Part shown: positions 13,117-24,892 of the stretch, piece after piece
How the letters are laid out: each line of letters starts with the position of its first letter
How positions within the stretch are numbered: position 1 is the stretch's first letter
Source: Octopus sinensis
Lineage: Eukaryota
DNA: 64,000 bases
Assembly: GCF_006345805.1 (NCBI RefSeq)
Contig: NC_043016.1
Location: 1,984,001 to 2,048,000, forward strand
Direction: 5' to 3'
Translations under genes and position numbers: made by a program
Notes under the pieces: generated by a model
Databases searched by the model: none
The model's input: only the letters and a program-made list of their open reading frames with translations
What the model was told of the DNA's origin: nothing

Positions 13117-13761
13117 GCGATCGTTGGTAACGCCCGAAAGCTCGCGGTCTTGCGCGCGTCAACGTGGACGCCACTGCGACGAGTCCTCGACAGAACCGTG
13201 GCTTCAACTCCGGGTGTCGCTGGATCGCCGCCGCAACGAGCATCGTCCTCCTCCACGTCTCAGGTTGCTGTTCAGCGGCGTCGGTGCCCGCTCTTCCGCG
13301 CGTTTTCTCGGCATCACCGCCTTGGCGCGTTGTCGCGGCTGACGCCAGCGACCACCGTCATCGCACTCGCTCGTTGACCGCAGTCCGGACGCACTTCCCC
13401 TCCGATCCGTCATCGCGACCCGTTCATGTCGGCCCGGTAGGCGCGCGGCGTCCGCAGGTCGCAGACGAGCGCCCCACCGCCGTCGGCTTCACGGCCGGCT
13501 GGCATCGAGACACACTCACTTCTCTCGACCGTGCCCATCGCTTCACGAAAGCGCAGGCACGGCTAATTGACGGAGACAGGCTAACGCACCTCGCCCTCAC
13601 TAAGCACGACGCGGCCGCCTGCGTGCTGTCGCGTCGCCTCCCTCGCGACAGGGTGACGCGCAGCGGTCGCGTGACCGCTCGAAAAGCCGCCCACTGCCGC
13701 CCAGTCAGCGACGAGCATCGGCAACATATCCGACACTTCTTGAAACACAGACCGAGAAGTC
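13117..13761 (+). rRNA. Orphan (pseudogenic) 28S rDNA fragment: D2 expansion segment plus the following conserved core
   Basis: GC-rich island ending ccgacacttcttgaaacacagaccgagaagtc (13730-13761), 27/32 identical to the universal 28S motif CCGACCCGTCTTGAAACACGGACCAAGGAGTC. D2-like gcgcactt...gagcgcc and gtcagcgacga..tcggc landmarks lie upstream. Confidence 0.8.
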
Positions 13762-13763
13762 CC

Positions 13764-13781
13764 AGTAACTATGACTCCCTT
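13764..13781 (+). other. 28S sequence immediately upstream of the R2 insertion site
   Basis: agtaactatgactccctt, 17/18 identical to AGTAACTATGACTCTCTT(AAGG/TAGCCA). Confidence 0.8.
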
Positions 13782-16700
13782 TCGTGGAGCCTGGTGCGTT
13801 ATCACCTTCTGTTTTTTCAGTAGGTGGATGCACCACCAGGTTTGTTTGGTATGTTATGACTTGCCGAGACTCAGTGGGTGGATGCGCCACCGTCATGCCC
13901 TTTTTGGGGGCGTCTGGTGTGTTATGACCCGCTGTTTTTGTTCTCGGTAGGAGGATGCATTTCCAGGCATCCTTATGGACACTACCTTGGCGTGGTGAAA
14001 GAGCTTACGCCCGCGTGGGGAGCTATGACGGATAGGTTCAACCATGCCAGATAGGTGCCCTCACATTGGACAAACTAAACGTGCCCATCTCCCCAAAGCG
14101 GTGCCAATTTATTTGGTAGGGGACCATGTAGTATATGGGTGACCCTGGTTGGGAGGTGTAGGCCTCCCTGTTAGGGTGTGTGGACGGCCGCTGTTCTGCC
14201 CTCTAATAGTCCCGAGCCGGCTAGTTAGATGCCGGCCCTGTTTAGCTTTCTTTCATTGAGGTGTAGAGTCGTGTAAGTTCCCAACAGGACTATAGTAATT
14301 TAACAGTTCGATCTTTCATCATCTTACAACACATTGGGGTCCTTGGTTGTTTGGGAGGATCGTGCTTAGGTTTTTTGCTATCTTGTCTTGTATGGGGGGG
14401 GGCGCTCTTGGCATTTCGGGTGGTTCCTTGATAGGGACAGGTGAATTCTATTAGGCCCGGTTGGCAATACTTGTACGTAATGACCCGTGTTGGTGGTGAG
14501 TGGAGGCCCGGTGCTTTATGACCTGCTATCTTTTGCAGCAGGTGGATGCACCACCCTGTTTGTTTGATATGCCGGGATTCAGTGGGTGGATGCGCCACCG
14601 TGATTCCCTTTTTGGGCGTCTGGTGTGTTATGACCCACTGTTTTTGTTCTCGGTAGCTGGAGGCATTGCCAGACTTTGCTCTTTCAGGACTCACTACTGG
14701 CAACGGATGGATGCACTACCAGGCGAAACCCTCCGTGGCATGCACTTTGGTGTTAGTTGGTTGGCCGGTGGGTACTCTAGATGGTTGGGGTGGTGGTTGT
14801 TAGCGTATCATGGTGGGGTTGGATTCGCACTTTCTTTCAGTTCAACTTAATCGCTTCATGGAAATTGCCGCGCGGATAAAGACATGATTGGAAATAAGTC
14901 TAAAAACATACGACAACTAGGTGCTGTTAAACTGGTGGCCTGCGGGTCAGGGACGGGGCCCGCAGGACAGGCTGGGCGTGATACCCTCCTACGCTCGGCC
15001 GCTTTGCTGCCTTCTTCTGTGGTGGACAGAAGGTCATCTCCGCCGCATGGTATAGATAGTGACCCACATGGTAACGACTCTACTAGCGTCGGGCGCTAAG
15101 TACGCCCGACGTTGACGTACACATGAAATAGTCAGGGCCTTTTACGCTAGAATACCCTAGCCATACCTTGGTAGTGAGGGGCTTTCAGCTCCTGCCGGAC
15201 TTAGCACATACAGCCTCCATGACTGTCTTTCTTTAGAAGTGGACCTGGAGGAGGACGTGGGGGTATCAAGCTTCACGCTGGCTGGGAGCGAATTTTCGCT
15301 GCCCATTCCCTGCGCTTCATGCTCCAAAGCCTGTCCGTTATGTTCTCAGCGCTTCTCTTCTCCCCGACGATGGGGAGAAGATATAGAGGGTAGACACGGC
15401 GTGAAGCCGGTCTACAGGTGCAGTAAATGTGATAGGGAGCGCGGACACCTTCATTCTATGAGGTGTCACGTTGGCAAGTGCAATGGTACATCTGGTGAGT
15501 CTGCTTCTGGTCCTGCTCAGTCCCTCTTCGAGTGTGGCCCCTTGCAGCCGTTCTTTTTTGACGGCTGCAGGTCGATCTCAGCACGAACGCCACAAACATT
15601 CTTTGGCTGCGAATGCGCGCAGGATAGTTGCTCATAAGGAGCAGCTGGCTAAGAAACGTGCGGATCGAACAGCCTCCACCTGACGAGGAAGTAGCGATCC
15701 TCGTCGAGAAGGAGGCCGAGCTATTAGCAGCCGGGGTTAGGCATATCAATGTTGCCGTAGTACGGTTCCTACTGGGCAAAACTGCCAAACAGGTAGGAAC
15801 CAAGAGGGTAGTTCTGGCCAAAAAGACTTCAGTGAGTCCTCAAAGATCGGAGCTGCCGACTGCCAACTCCCATTCACAAGTCGAGGACATATCTTTTCCT
15901 TGCCCTTATTGGAGAGATCGTTTCCAAGACGCTGCATGTCCCGGGCATACCCCTTGGTTCGCCGTCTTCTCCGAGGCCCTATTGGAACTCGTAGAAGACG
16001 TGACCGCGGGTGCCTGGGATTCTTTTGATAGAAGCGTGGAGGACTGGGTGGAACATCGTAGATTGCGTAGGGAAGATTCTACCAGAGTGGCTGATAGAAA
16101 TAGAGCTAGGGCAGTTGATAGGCCTAGAGTTCGACGGCGAACAAGCTGTTAAGATATGCCCGCCACCAGGATTTGTATAAAAAAGATAGGAAGAGTCTCA
16201 TTGCAGGCGAGGATGCGGAGCACGGGTGCCCGATCCCTATGCCCGCTACAGAGGCTCTCCTCTCCGGGCCCTGAGGTGGATCTCTCCGACTATCCCGCCT
16301 CCTCCCAGATCGATAACGGTCCTATTTTGCAGCCGTTCTCAATGGAGGAGGTGAAAATGAGTCGGAGGAAAATGAATCCTGCCTCAGCGGCGGGTCCAGA
16401 TAGACTTACTGTCCGAGAGATTAAGTCCATGGTCCCCTGTATTCTCGCTAATATATGTAACTGCATGTTACTGGCCGGGAAGGTTCCCGATATCCTGAAG
16501 TGGGGTAGGTCCGTCCTCATACCTAAGAGAACGATCCTATAGATTTAACCAATTGGCGGCCGCTGACGATATGTTCAGCGGTATATCGTCTGTTTTCGAA
16601 GATGGTCGCCAAGAGAATGCTTCAGGTAACTCCCCTAAATCCAGCCTAGCGTGTATTTATCCGGGCTGACGGCTGCAGGGAGAATTCTTTTCTCCTGCGG

Positions 16701-17030
16701 CAGTTAGTCAGCCGCGCGATGGGGTGGCCAGCACGACTGAGAATACCGCGACTGGAGGTTGCCTTCATGGATCTCGCACTCTTTGGTGTATGCGGGACTG
16801 CTTGGGTTTCACGAACACGTTTTAGCGCTCGTGGAGGGGATCTATGAAGGTAGCACTACCAGATTTTCAGTCATCGAGATTCGCCAGAGTGTTAGGCAAG
16901 GGGATATGCTCTCGCCGATCCTCTTCAAAATCGCGACTAACCCGAAGTTAGATATTTTATCGGACAGTGGGGGGGTCTACGTGTTGAGGGGATCTGGGTG
17001 CGGCAGCTTATCGTGGGGACGAGTATGACC
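13782..17030 (+). mobile_element. R2 non-LTR retrotransposon (R2-A type, three zinc fingers plus Myb), decayed and 3'-truncated
   Basis: Across frameshifts: CPLC..(D)..H, CSKC..H...C, CGPCSRSF...SQHERHKH; Myb-like EEVAILVEKEAELLAAGVRHINVAV..GKTAKQVGTKR; RT SAAGPDRL, GRSVLIPK, NWRPLTICS, RQSVRQGDMLSPILF. Follows the 28S target sequence. YADD and the endonuclease are missing. Confidence 0.88.
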
Positions 17031-17769
17031 TTAAGAAAGAGAACCACTCTACATAAAGAGCAAATCTGTTTCCCGCAATACAGGCAAATTCCTCTCGGTG
17101 AACATATAGAAAAAATTGCAGATAACATCAAACCAAATTTCAGTCTTCCCCTTCTACCAGTGCAAAGACACAATCTCTCCACAAGAAATTTTTTTCATTA
17201 AAAAATACAAAACACGTCTTGACATGTACGCATAACCAACTTTTACTTTTTTAAATATTTCAATTCACGATTACATCACTGTACATAAATCCCCCACTAA
17301 GCGAAGTTTTCGAAATCTTTTTTGTCTGTACATATATATTCCCCTCCTCTTACCGAAAGCTGAACAGTAATCTCCCTTACCTACAACAATAACAATAACA
17401 ACGATAACCAATTACCTCCCCTTATTTTTCAACTTGTGAAGTCATCCGCTCGTAAATATCATCACACACAACATAGACAAAATTTCTTCTTAAGAAATAC
17501 ATATTCTCCTGAATGGATCATAACAAAAATGAATGGTTCGTGAAGTCATCCAGTATCACGTATATAAATATTTACAGATATTTTATTGGATGGCAGTTGA
17601 CTGTTCAGGAATTCTTCCACCCTTTCACGGGTTTTAACTTTCATCCCGCAGGGTGTCCAACAACACCCTCCTCACCAAGCAAGCCTGGTAGAGTTGCCAG
17701 TTTAGTCGCCGACGATCCGACCATGCGACAAGTTATACTGAATTACATGTTACCAGCACCACTCAAGAA

Positions 17770-18230
17770 CGACCTGTCTGTGATTGGAAAGGTACTTGCC
17801 CGCATTTTGTTAGAACGTTTAAATACCTTCATAGTTCCAAATATAGTGTCTGAGTCTCAGTTTGGTTTTCGTTCCTCCAGGGGCAGAGCTGATTGTATCT
17901 TTACTATAAGACAATTACAAGAACAGTGCATTGAACAGAATCTTGCTTTATACCACTGCTTTGTTGATTTGAGCAAAGCATTCGATACTGTTAATTGAAA
18001 TGCTCTGAGGTTAATTCTAAGAAAATAGGTTTGCTAGAAAGATTTGTAAACATGATCAGGGATTTAATCAAATATGAAAGCTAGAGTTAACTCTGATGGT
18101 AGGCTCTCTGAATCTTTTGCTGTTGAAAATGGAGTAAAACAAGGATACCTTGATGCACCCATCCTCTTTGCAATATACTTTGCTGTTGTGTTGTCACATG
18201 CTTTTCAAAACTCTGTGAGTGTCTTTTCAG
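17770..18230 (+). mobile_element. RTE/BovB-like reverse transcriptase fragment
   Basis: LSVIGKVLARILLERL..ESQFGFRSSRG..DCIFTIRQLQEQCIEQN..FVDLSKAFDTVN ... NGVKQG..APILFAIYF. Confidence 0.88.
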
Positions 18231-18329
18231 AACATTGCCTGGTTTAAAAAGCTACATCAGATGCCATGATGGTTCTAAGATGTGGGTACAGGAGGTGGTC
18301 AAACTCGCCATAAGGAGTAGACAACCACC

Positions 18330-19070
18330 ATGTATGTATGTATGTATGTATGTATGTATGTATGTATGTATGTATGTATGTATGTATGTATGTATGTATG
18401 TATGTATGTGTGTATGTATGTATGTACGTACGTACGTACGTATGTATGTATGTATGTATGTATGTATGTATGTATGTATGTATGTATGTATGTATGTGTG
18501 TATGTATGTATGTATGTATGTATGTATGTATGTGTGTATGTATGTATGTACGTACGTACGTACGTATGTATGTATGTATGTATGTATGTATGTATGTATG
18601 TATGTATGTATGTATGTATGTATGTATGTATGTGTGTATGTATGTATGTATGTGTGTATGTATGTATGTATGTATGTATGTATGTATGTGTGTATGTATG
18701 TATGTATGTATGTTTGTATGCATGTATTTATGTATGTATGTATGTATGTATGTATGTTTGTATGTATGCATGTATTTATGTATGTATGTATGTACGTACG
18801 TACGTATGTATGTATGTATGTATCTTTGTATGTATGTATGTATGTATGTATGTATGTATGTTTGTATGTATGTATGTATGTATGTATGTATGTATGTTTG
18901 TATGTATTTATGTATGTATGTATGTATGTACGTACGTACGTATGTATGTGTGTGTGTATGTATGTATGTATGTGTGTATGTATGTATGTATGTATGTATG
19001 TATGTGTGTATGTGTGTATGTATGTATGTATGTATGTATGAATGTTTGTATGTATGTATGTATGTTTGTA
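18330..19070 (+). repeat. (TATG)n microsatellite
   Basis: Direct inspection; TACG/TGTG interruptions. Confidence 0.97.
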
Positions 19071-19599
19071 TCTATCTATCTACCAATCTACCTATATGTC
19101 TGTCTGTCTGTGTGTCTATATACATATATATATATATATATATAGATATCATAGAAGGAATTGTTGCCAATTTTACGTTTATGCCCCAGATTCAAGTTAC
19201 AATTATGACAAAGCAACTCTTATATGTTCATTGGTGTCTGCAATGATAAACTAAGTACTAAGTAAATACAACACTAAAAGAAGTACTGACCAAGTGAGTA
19301 CGATACTAAAGTTAATAATAGTTACAGAAGATATGGTATGGGAAAGTAAAACAAGCTGTGGTTAAAATTATTACAGTTGCATATAATAAATGAACGAGGA
19401 ATGAAAAGCCCCTCATGTCACAAGTCAAAATGCTCGTCACTAAAAACTAAACTCCATTATTATTTTCAAAGAAAATTGGGAATCAGATCAGAATTTTTTA
19501 AAATGTAGTAAAACATGCTTTAAGCTAGCTTTCTGTTAAAATATATTCCAACCATTTTCTACTCTATGAAATGTGTAACTACTTTAAAAAAAAACGATA

Positions 19600-21400
19600 G
19601 AAAATACAAAAAAGATGAATAAACACAGTTACTGATAAATACATGATATTTTTGTACCTTTACTCCAGCTCAAGACAAACAGCGTAAACGAACTGGAGGA
19701 ATCTTTCAAAGAAGAAAGTAAAAAACAATAGTTTAAACTTTTGTCTTGAAAGCTCAGAAATAAGTGACGGACTTGCCATCAGAAATGGAGACAGTCTATG
19801 AACAAAGTCGAAAAGCTAGAAAAGAAATATTGAACAACCCAGACGATATTGTCAAAGCTAAACGATATAAAACGTGAACAATGAAGTCAACATACAAAAG
19901 AACAAAACCCTACCAGACAAAATAGAACAAGAAGCTGACTTGAAGAACAATAATAGTCACAAGCTTTTGAAGTCACTCCGTGAAATGGAGGGAAAAGAGC
20001 ATAAAAAATATAGAGAGTAATGAAAGAAAAATACGGTAATATACAACACAGCTGAGGTATTTCAATGTTGGAAAGATTATTTCGAACAACTTTTGAGCAT
20101 ATAATTCCTACACAACCTGGTAACATTATCAGAAATCCTGGATAGTCCATCTGTGTTGGCTACTCATACAGAATAACAAAATGAGTAACAAACAATATCA
20201 ATAAAAATGGAGATGACTATAATGTCCACCCATATCCTCTGCATAGATGCCGTTAATGTTGAACGATAGAAAGTAGGTGAGTATAACTTTAATACATTGC
20301 ACATAATATTCAACATGGTGTGTAAAATAGAAAAGATATCATTAAATTAGAACACTATATGTAAAACCAATACAACAAACATTTCGAACATTACAGGGTG
20401 AGTTCATAATGGTCGATACCGAGACAATTGCTCGAAATTTTTCGGTCAGAATGAAATGTAAAAACGGTACAGGTAAGTACAGGTAGACAGTGACGCAATC
20501 AACGAAATGTTTGCAGCCAGAGACACAACTGGAAACTGAAAAGGACATCAAATAACTTCACAGTTCAAATCTAAATCTGCTTTCGATCCCATCTGGCAGA
20601 AATCCCTAAAGAAGATGCTAACAACAATGGGTGCAAAACACTAAACACTGTGAATTATAGATACACTATCAAACAATGTGAAGGTGCATGGCTCAGTGGT
20701 TAGAGTGTCGTGAGGTTAAGAGTTCGATTACCGGTCCGGGCTATGTATTGTGTTCTTCAGCGAGACATTTTATTTCATGTTGCTCCAGTTCCCTCAGCTG
20801 TAGAAATGAGTTGCGACGTCACTGGTGCCAAGCTGTATCGGTGGCGTGGAATTCTGCCTCGGACATTTCTAGATGCAATCCCATGGCCCGGGGATCTTTA
20901 TCCATTACCCTTTAACGAACAATATCAAGTGTTCCGTGAAAGATTAGATAACATATTGCTTTAGATTAAGCGAAGATCTGCGACAAGGTTACTTGCCATC
21001 CTCATTCTTTCAATATGTTCCAGGCATTTGTCATGGAAGAGCTGAAAGACTTAGTGAAAGTCTAACAACTGCTGCCTCCATTTTCATAGGTATTAGATAT
21101 GCAGATGATGCAGCAGTAACCTGTCTGATCTTTACGAAATAAAGATGTCCACTAAACAGATGAAACATGCGAAAGAAAAACAGGCTAAGGAAAAACAATT
21201 GTAAGAAGTACTTGATACTCAACTTTATGAAAATTATCACAACAGATGGATTCATAGTAGAGTATATATCAGATTATTTCGTACCAATATAGACCCGAAT
21301 GAAACTACTGCACGGAAGCAAGGATACTAAAATATGAGTACAAGAGATTTCTGAAATGCGGTGCTTACGACCTATAATAAAGAATATCATTAGAGCCGTA
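19600..21400 (+). mobile_element. Highly decayed LINE RT remnant, interrupted by a SINE
   Basis: Scattered motifs AFD.IW (~20580), RQG (~20980) and IRYADDAAV (21092-21118). Confidence 0.55.
20683..20900 (+). mobile_element. tRNA-derived SINE family 3
   Basis: ggtgcatggctcagtggttagag...gagttcgattaccgg A/B boxes; body shared with 47800-48115. Confidence 0.85.
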
Positions 21401-21673
21401 GAGATATTTTAATGAATTTTTTAAAAAAGTCCTTTTTACATAATTGTTACAATTAGTGATATAATACGGAAGACTGAAATGATTCGATAATATATTAATA
21501 TCAATAGACAACCAAAGAGACCTTCGCAGAGATTTTTAAGACATTCAACAAGACGGAATGTTAGAATTAGGCCAATTTCCTTAGAAAGACGTTCGTTGCA
21601 AATGTTTTTACTCCTGCCCACACACCAGCTTCAACTCCATACTTTGTCCGATCATCGTCAAAGATGTCATTAG

Positions 21674-24214
21674 CCCATTAATGCCCAGCGTATGATTTAT
21701 CATAGACTTTTTTTGTGAGACGAAAATATTCATAAAAAATAATTTCATAAATTTAGGCATCAAAACTTTCTGAATATTAAGAATAATAATATATCTAACA
21801 ATATTTGGCATCAAAGTCATACTTTGAACATTTATACATTGCGCTAGACTCATTTCTTTCTGTCAAATTTTGAAGTGAGGAAGAAGTGTTTCCGGTGGTA
21901 AGTTGTTTTATTTGAATGCTTTAAATGTTTTGTAATATATTATTTTACTTTTCTATTTTCTATTAAGAATGCAAACCAAGCATTCTTAGAATCCACGTAA
22001 ATAAAGTTTCGATTTATTAACGTTTGTTTATGTACGTATGATAAAACATACGCTGTACTTTTCATTCAAAATGAAGATTTTCGGGTTTGGACATAGAATC
22101 GTTAATTCTGTAACAATAAGGCAAAAAACTTTAAAACAATTGTAAATTAAAATATCTTGCTCTAGAATCTTAAATTTTCTATATCTGTTTTTTTGCATAA
22201 GTGCAAGTGAAATATATATATCAAATTCTTATTTCTAGATCGGTGAATATGTCTAAGAGAAAACTTGATGGTGAAAGAGACACTGAAGAAATCCTAAATA
22301 TAATCGAATCTGGTGATGATACTGAATATTTTATTGAGGAAATTGGTAATGCTGATGAGCTTCGACTGATACTTCATCCACCAAATTATTCAGATGAAGA
22401 TGATGCTTCAAGTGACTGCAAAGAATCTTCAGTAAATTTGCGAGACATTGGTAGAGATGGGATTAGAGCCTATAGTAAACCTGGTGTTGAGGTTCTCGAT
22501 GTAGACACGGAGGTGATACTAAGGTCTGCGAAGAAGCACTGTTCACGTGCAAAGAAAAGTTCTCACAAACGGAATAATAAACCATTGAAACAGTCCCCTG
22601 CAAAGTATTATTATGATTCCGGTGTAACTGAACTTTCGATTGTAATAAAATTTAGGGACAAGTTTGAGCCAACTGACATCTTCAAGGAGCGCTTCTCTAA
22701 AGATAATAGGAATCGTATTTGCAGCACAAAAGGAAGATTTGCAGTTTACTTTGTCTGTTGAAGATCTTTACAAGTATCTTAGAATTCTTCTATTGTCGGG
22801 CTGCAATAAACGACTCTGCAGAGGAATGTAGAGGGAAACTAGATCCCATTGAAACAATCATGCAATGTCTAGAAATGCGTTTGAGAAAATACATCAATAT
22901 CTGTATTTCAACGACAACAGTAAACTCGATCCTTGTGATAAAGTCTATAATGTTAGGCCTCTTTTAGATCACCTAAATGATCTTTTTTGCCAATTTGTAG
23001 AACCATTTCTCTCTTGCTGAAGCAACGGAGCCTTATTATGGGCATCATAGCATGAAACAATTCATAAGAAGCAAGCCCATACGCTTTGTTTCAAGTTTTG
23101 GTGCCTTGCCAGACCAGATGGATTCTTAGTGAAATTCTATCCTTACACAGGTGCAGGAGACAAAATTACAGGTAAAACACTTGCTTCTTCAGTTACCGAA
23201 AATTATGTTTAAAATTTGTACCAGTAGGATTTATATGGAGAACTATTTCACTTCTCTAACTTTGATGGATACCTTATCAAACAATGGTCCCTTTTGTGTT
23301 GGGACTATTCGAAATGATAGAACAGAAAAAGGCACCGCTACAGGATATAAGCAAAGTTGCGCGAGGTATCTGCTATGCAGTTGAGGATAAGGAGAATTAA
23401 ATTACTCTGTTAAAATGGCATGATAATAATCAAGAAAATCTTGCAGCCAATTTGAAAGCTGAGAAGGTTTTTGATGTTGGCAGGTGTAAATGATGGAAAA
23501 GAATTTGAGAGAAATAGAGCATCTGTACCTCAACCAAATATTGTGAAGCTATATAACAAACAAATGGGAAGTATCGATCTAATTGATAAATTGAGAGGTC
23601 ATTATCGAATTAGAATACGATCAAGAAAATGGTAGAGGCCTTTGTTTAAATTTTGCCTCAATGGAGGCATTGTAAATTTATGGATTCTTTTCCGCTGCAT
23701 TTAGAGGAATATTTCTCTACAGGAATTTACAAGGCAAATAGTTACTGCATTGCTTGTTGCACCAGATTTAGAAGAGAAAGGAGTGGTACATCCTAAGACA
23801 AGGAAGCAACTTCCGCAAGTGGCACGATTTGATAACAGAGACCACCTTGACAACAAAATTGGAACACAAAGGCGATGCACAGCTTGTGGAAAATGCACCA
23901 AATTTGTTTGCATCAAATGCAATGTAGGCTTACATCCTGACACATTCTTTCTTCATTTTCATCAATAAATAGTATTCCTCTGAGAAATATTATATTTACT
24001 TGTCATTAGAAATTTTTGTAAAACAAATAGATGAGGTTAAATTTTTTTTTTTACTTTGTCCTTATTTCAAAATTTTAACCCTACATGCCCAGAGTATCAT
24101 ACGGGTCTAAAAACTACTTTATCATTATAATATTCACAAAATTTTGTTGTGAACATCTAAAATACATAAAAGTATACAATGTATGCGAATGTAAGAAAAA
24201 AATTCATTAATGGG
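21674..24214 (+). mobile_element. Full-length decayed piggyBac transposon
   Basis: TTAG|CCCATTAATG ... CATTAATGGG|TTAA termini with a broken transposase inside. Confidence 0.9.
22249..23968 (+). pseudogene. piggyBac transposase pseudogene (PGBD2/3-like)
   Basis: YYGHHSMKQFIRSKPIRF, KFYPYTGAG, IYMENYFTS..GTIRNDR, VPQPNIVKLYNKQMGSIDLID, and C-terminal Cys-rich CTACGKCTKFVCIKCNVGLH; many stops and frameshifts; AATAAA overlaps the stop at 23964-23969. Confidence 0.9.
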
Positions 24215-24339
24215 TTAATATGCTCATTGGTTTTGAATTTTCTCCTCTAAAAGCAAAATAGATACGCTTTTACTTTAGAAGTTATCTCCCTTTCTTATTT
24301 TGAGCCTATTAATTTAATTGACAGTATCATTTGTAATCT

Positions 24340-24490
24340 TTGTCGCTACGTTCTGAGTTCAAATTCCGCCGAAGTCGGCTTTGCGTTTCATTCTCTGGGG
24401 TCGATACATTAGGTATCAGTTGTGTACTGGGGTCAATCTAATCGTGGCTCCCTCTTCAAAAATTTCGGGCCTTGTGCCTAGAGAATATCA
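24340..24490 (+). mobile_element. SINE family 2, fragment
   Basis: cgttctgagttcaaattccgccgaagtcggctttgc...aaaatttcgggccttgtgcctagag. Confidence 0.8.
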
Positions 24491-24739
24491 TTTGTAATCT
24501 GTAATGCTCCGGCCCCACATTTTAAAACATACGCTAACTTTTGCTTGCCATTATGAAGAATACACTTTCCATGTTGGTAATTCCACATATAAACAGACAA
24601 AGGAACTAATTAGAGTAGTTAAGCTTAACAGGCCTATTTACCATTATATATGGCCGAAATCAGATCGCCATGTTGATTCGCTAGCCTCTGCACGCATTTT
24701 TTTCTCTCCTTGTTTCTTTCTGTGTTTCTTTTCTGTGTA

Positions 24740-24777
24740 TCTTTCTGTTGAAGAGCGTAGGCTCGAAACGTAAAAGA
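24740..24777 (+). ncRNA. Minimal type-I hammerhead-like motif (A6U) in a Penelope-like terminal repeat
   Basis: UCUUU-CUGUUGA-A-GAGC(GUAG)GCUC-GAAA-CG-UA-AAAGA. The host repeat (~24640-24875) ends in (TA)n, and its 3' end recurs inverted at ~12538-12585. Confidence 0.6.
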
Positions 24778-24892
24778 CTTGTTTTATTTATATTCCTGAG
24801 CGCCATACTAATACAATTGTTTGTTTGTATTCCACCTGCCTTCGTCTTTTGTTTATTTTCATAAAGCTTCCCGTTATATATATATATATATA

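Noticed and set aside
13164-13823. 219-aa GC-rich ORF
   Set aside because: Better explained as a 28S rDNA expansion segment; high GC suppresses stop codons.
14195-14240. gtcccgagcc resembling the twister ribozyme GUCCCAAGCC loop
   Set aside because: No matching UAA/GAGGG internal loop or P1/P2 stems found.
17585-17765. Structured repeat with minus-strand GAGGAGGGU, considered as a twister ribozyme or LINE 5' UTR
   Set aside because: Lacks the twister L4 consensus; family could not be assigned by eye.
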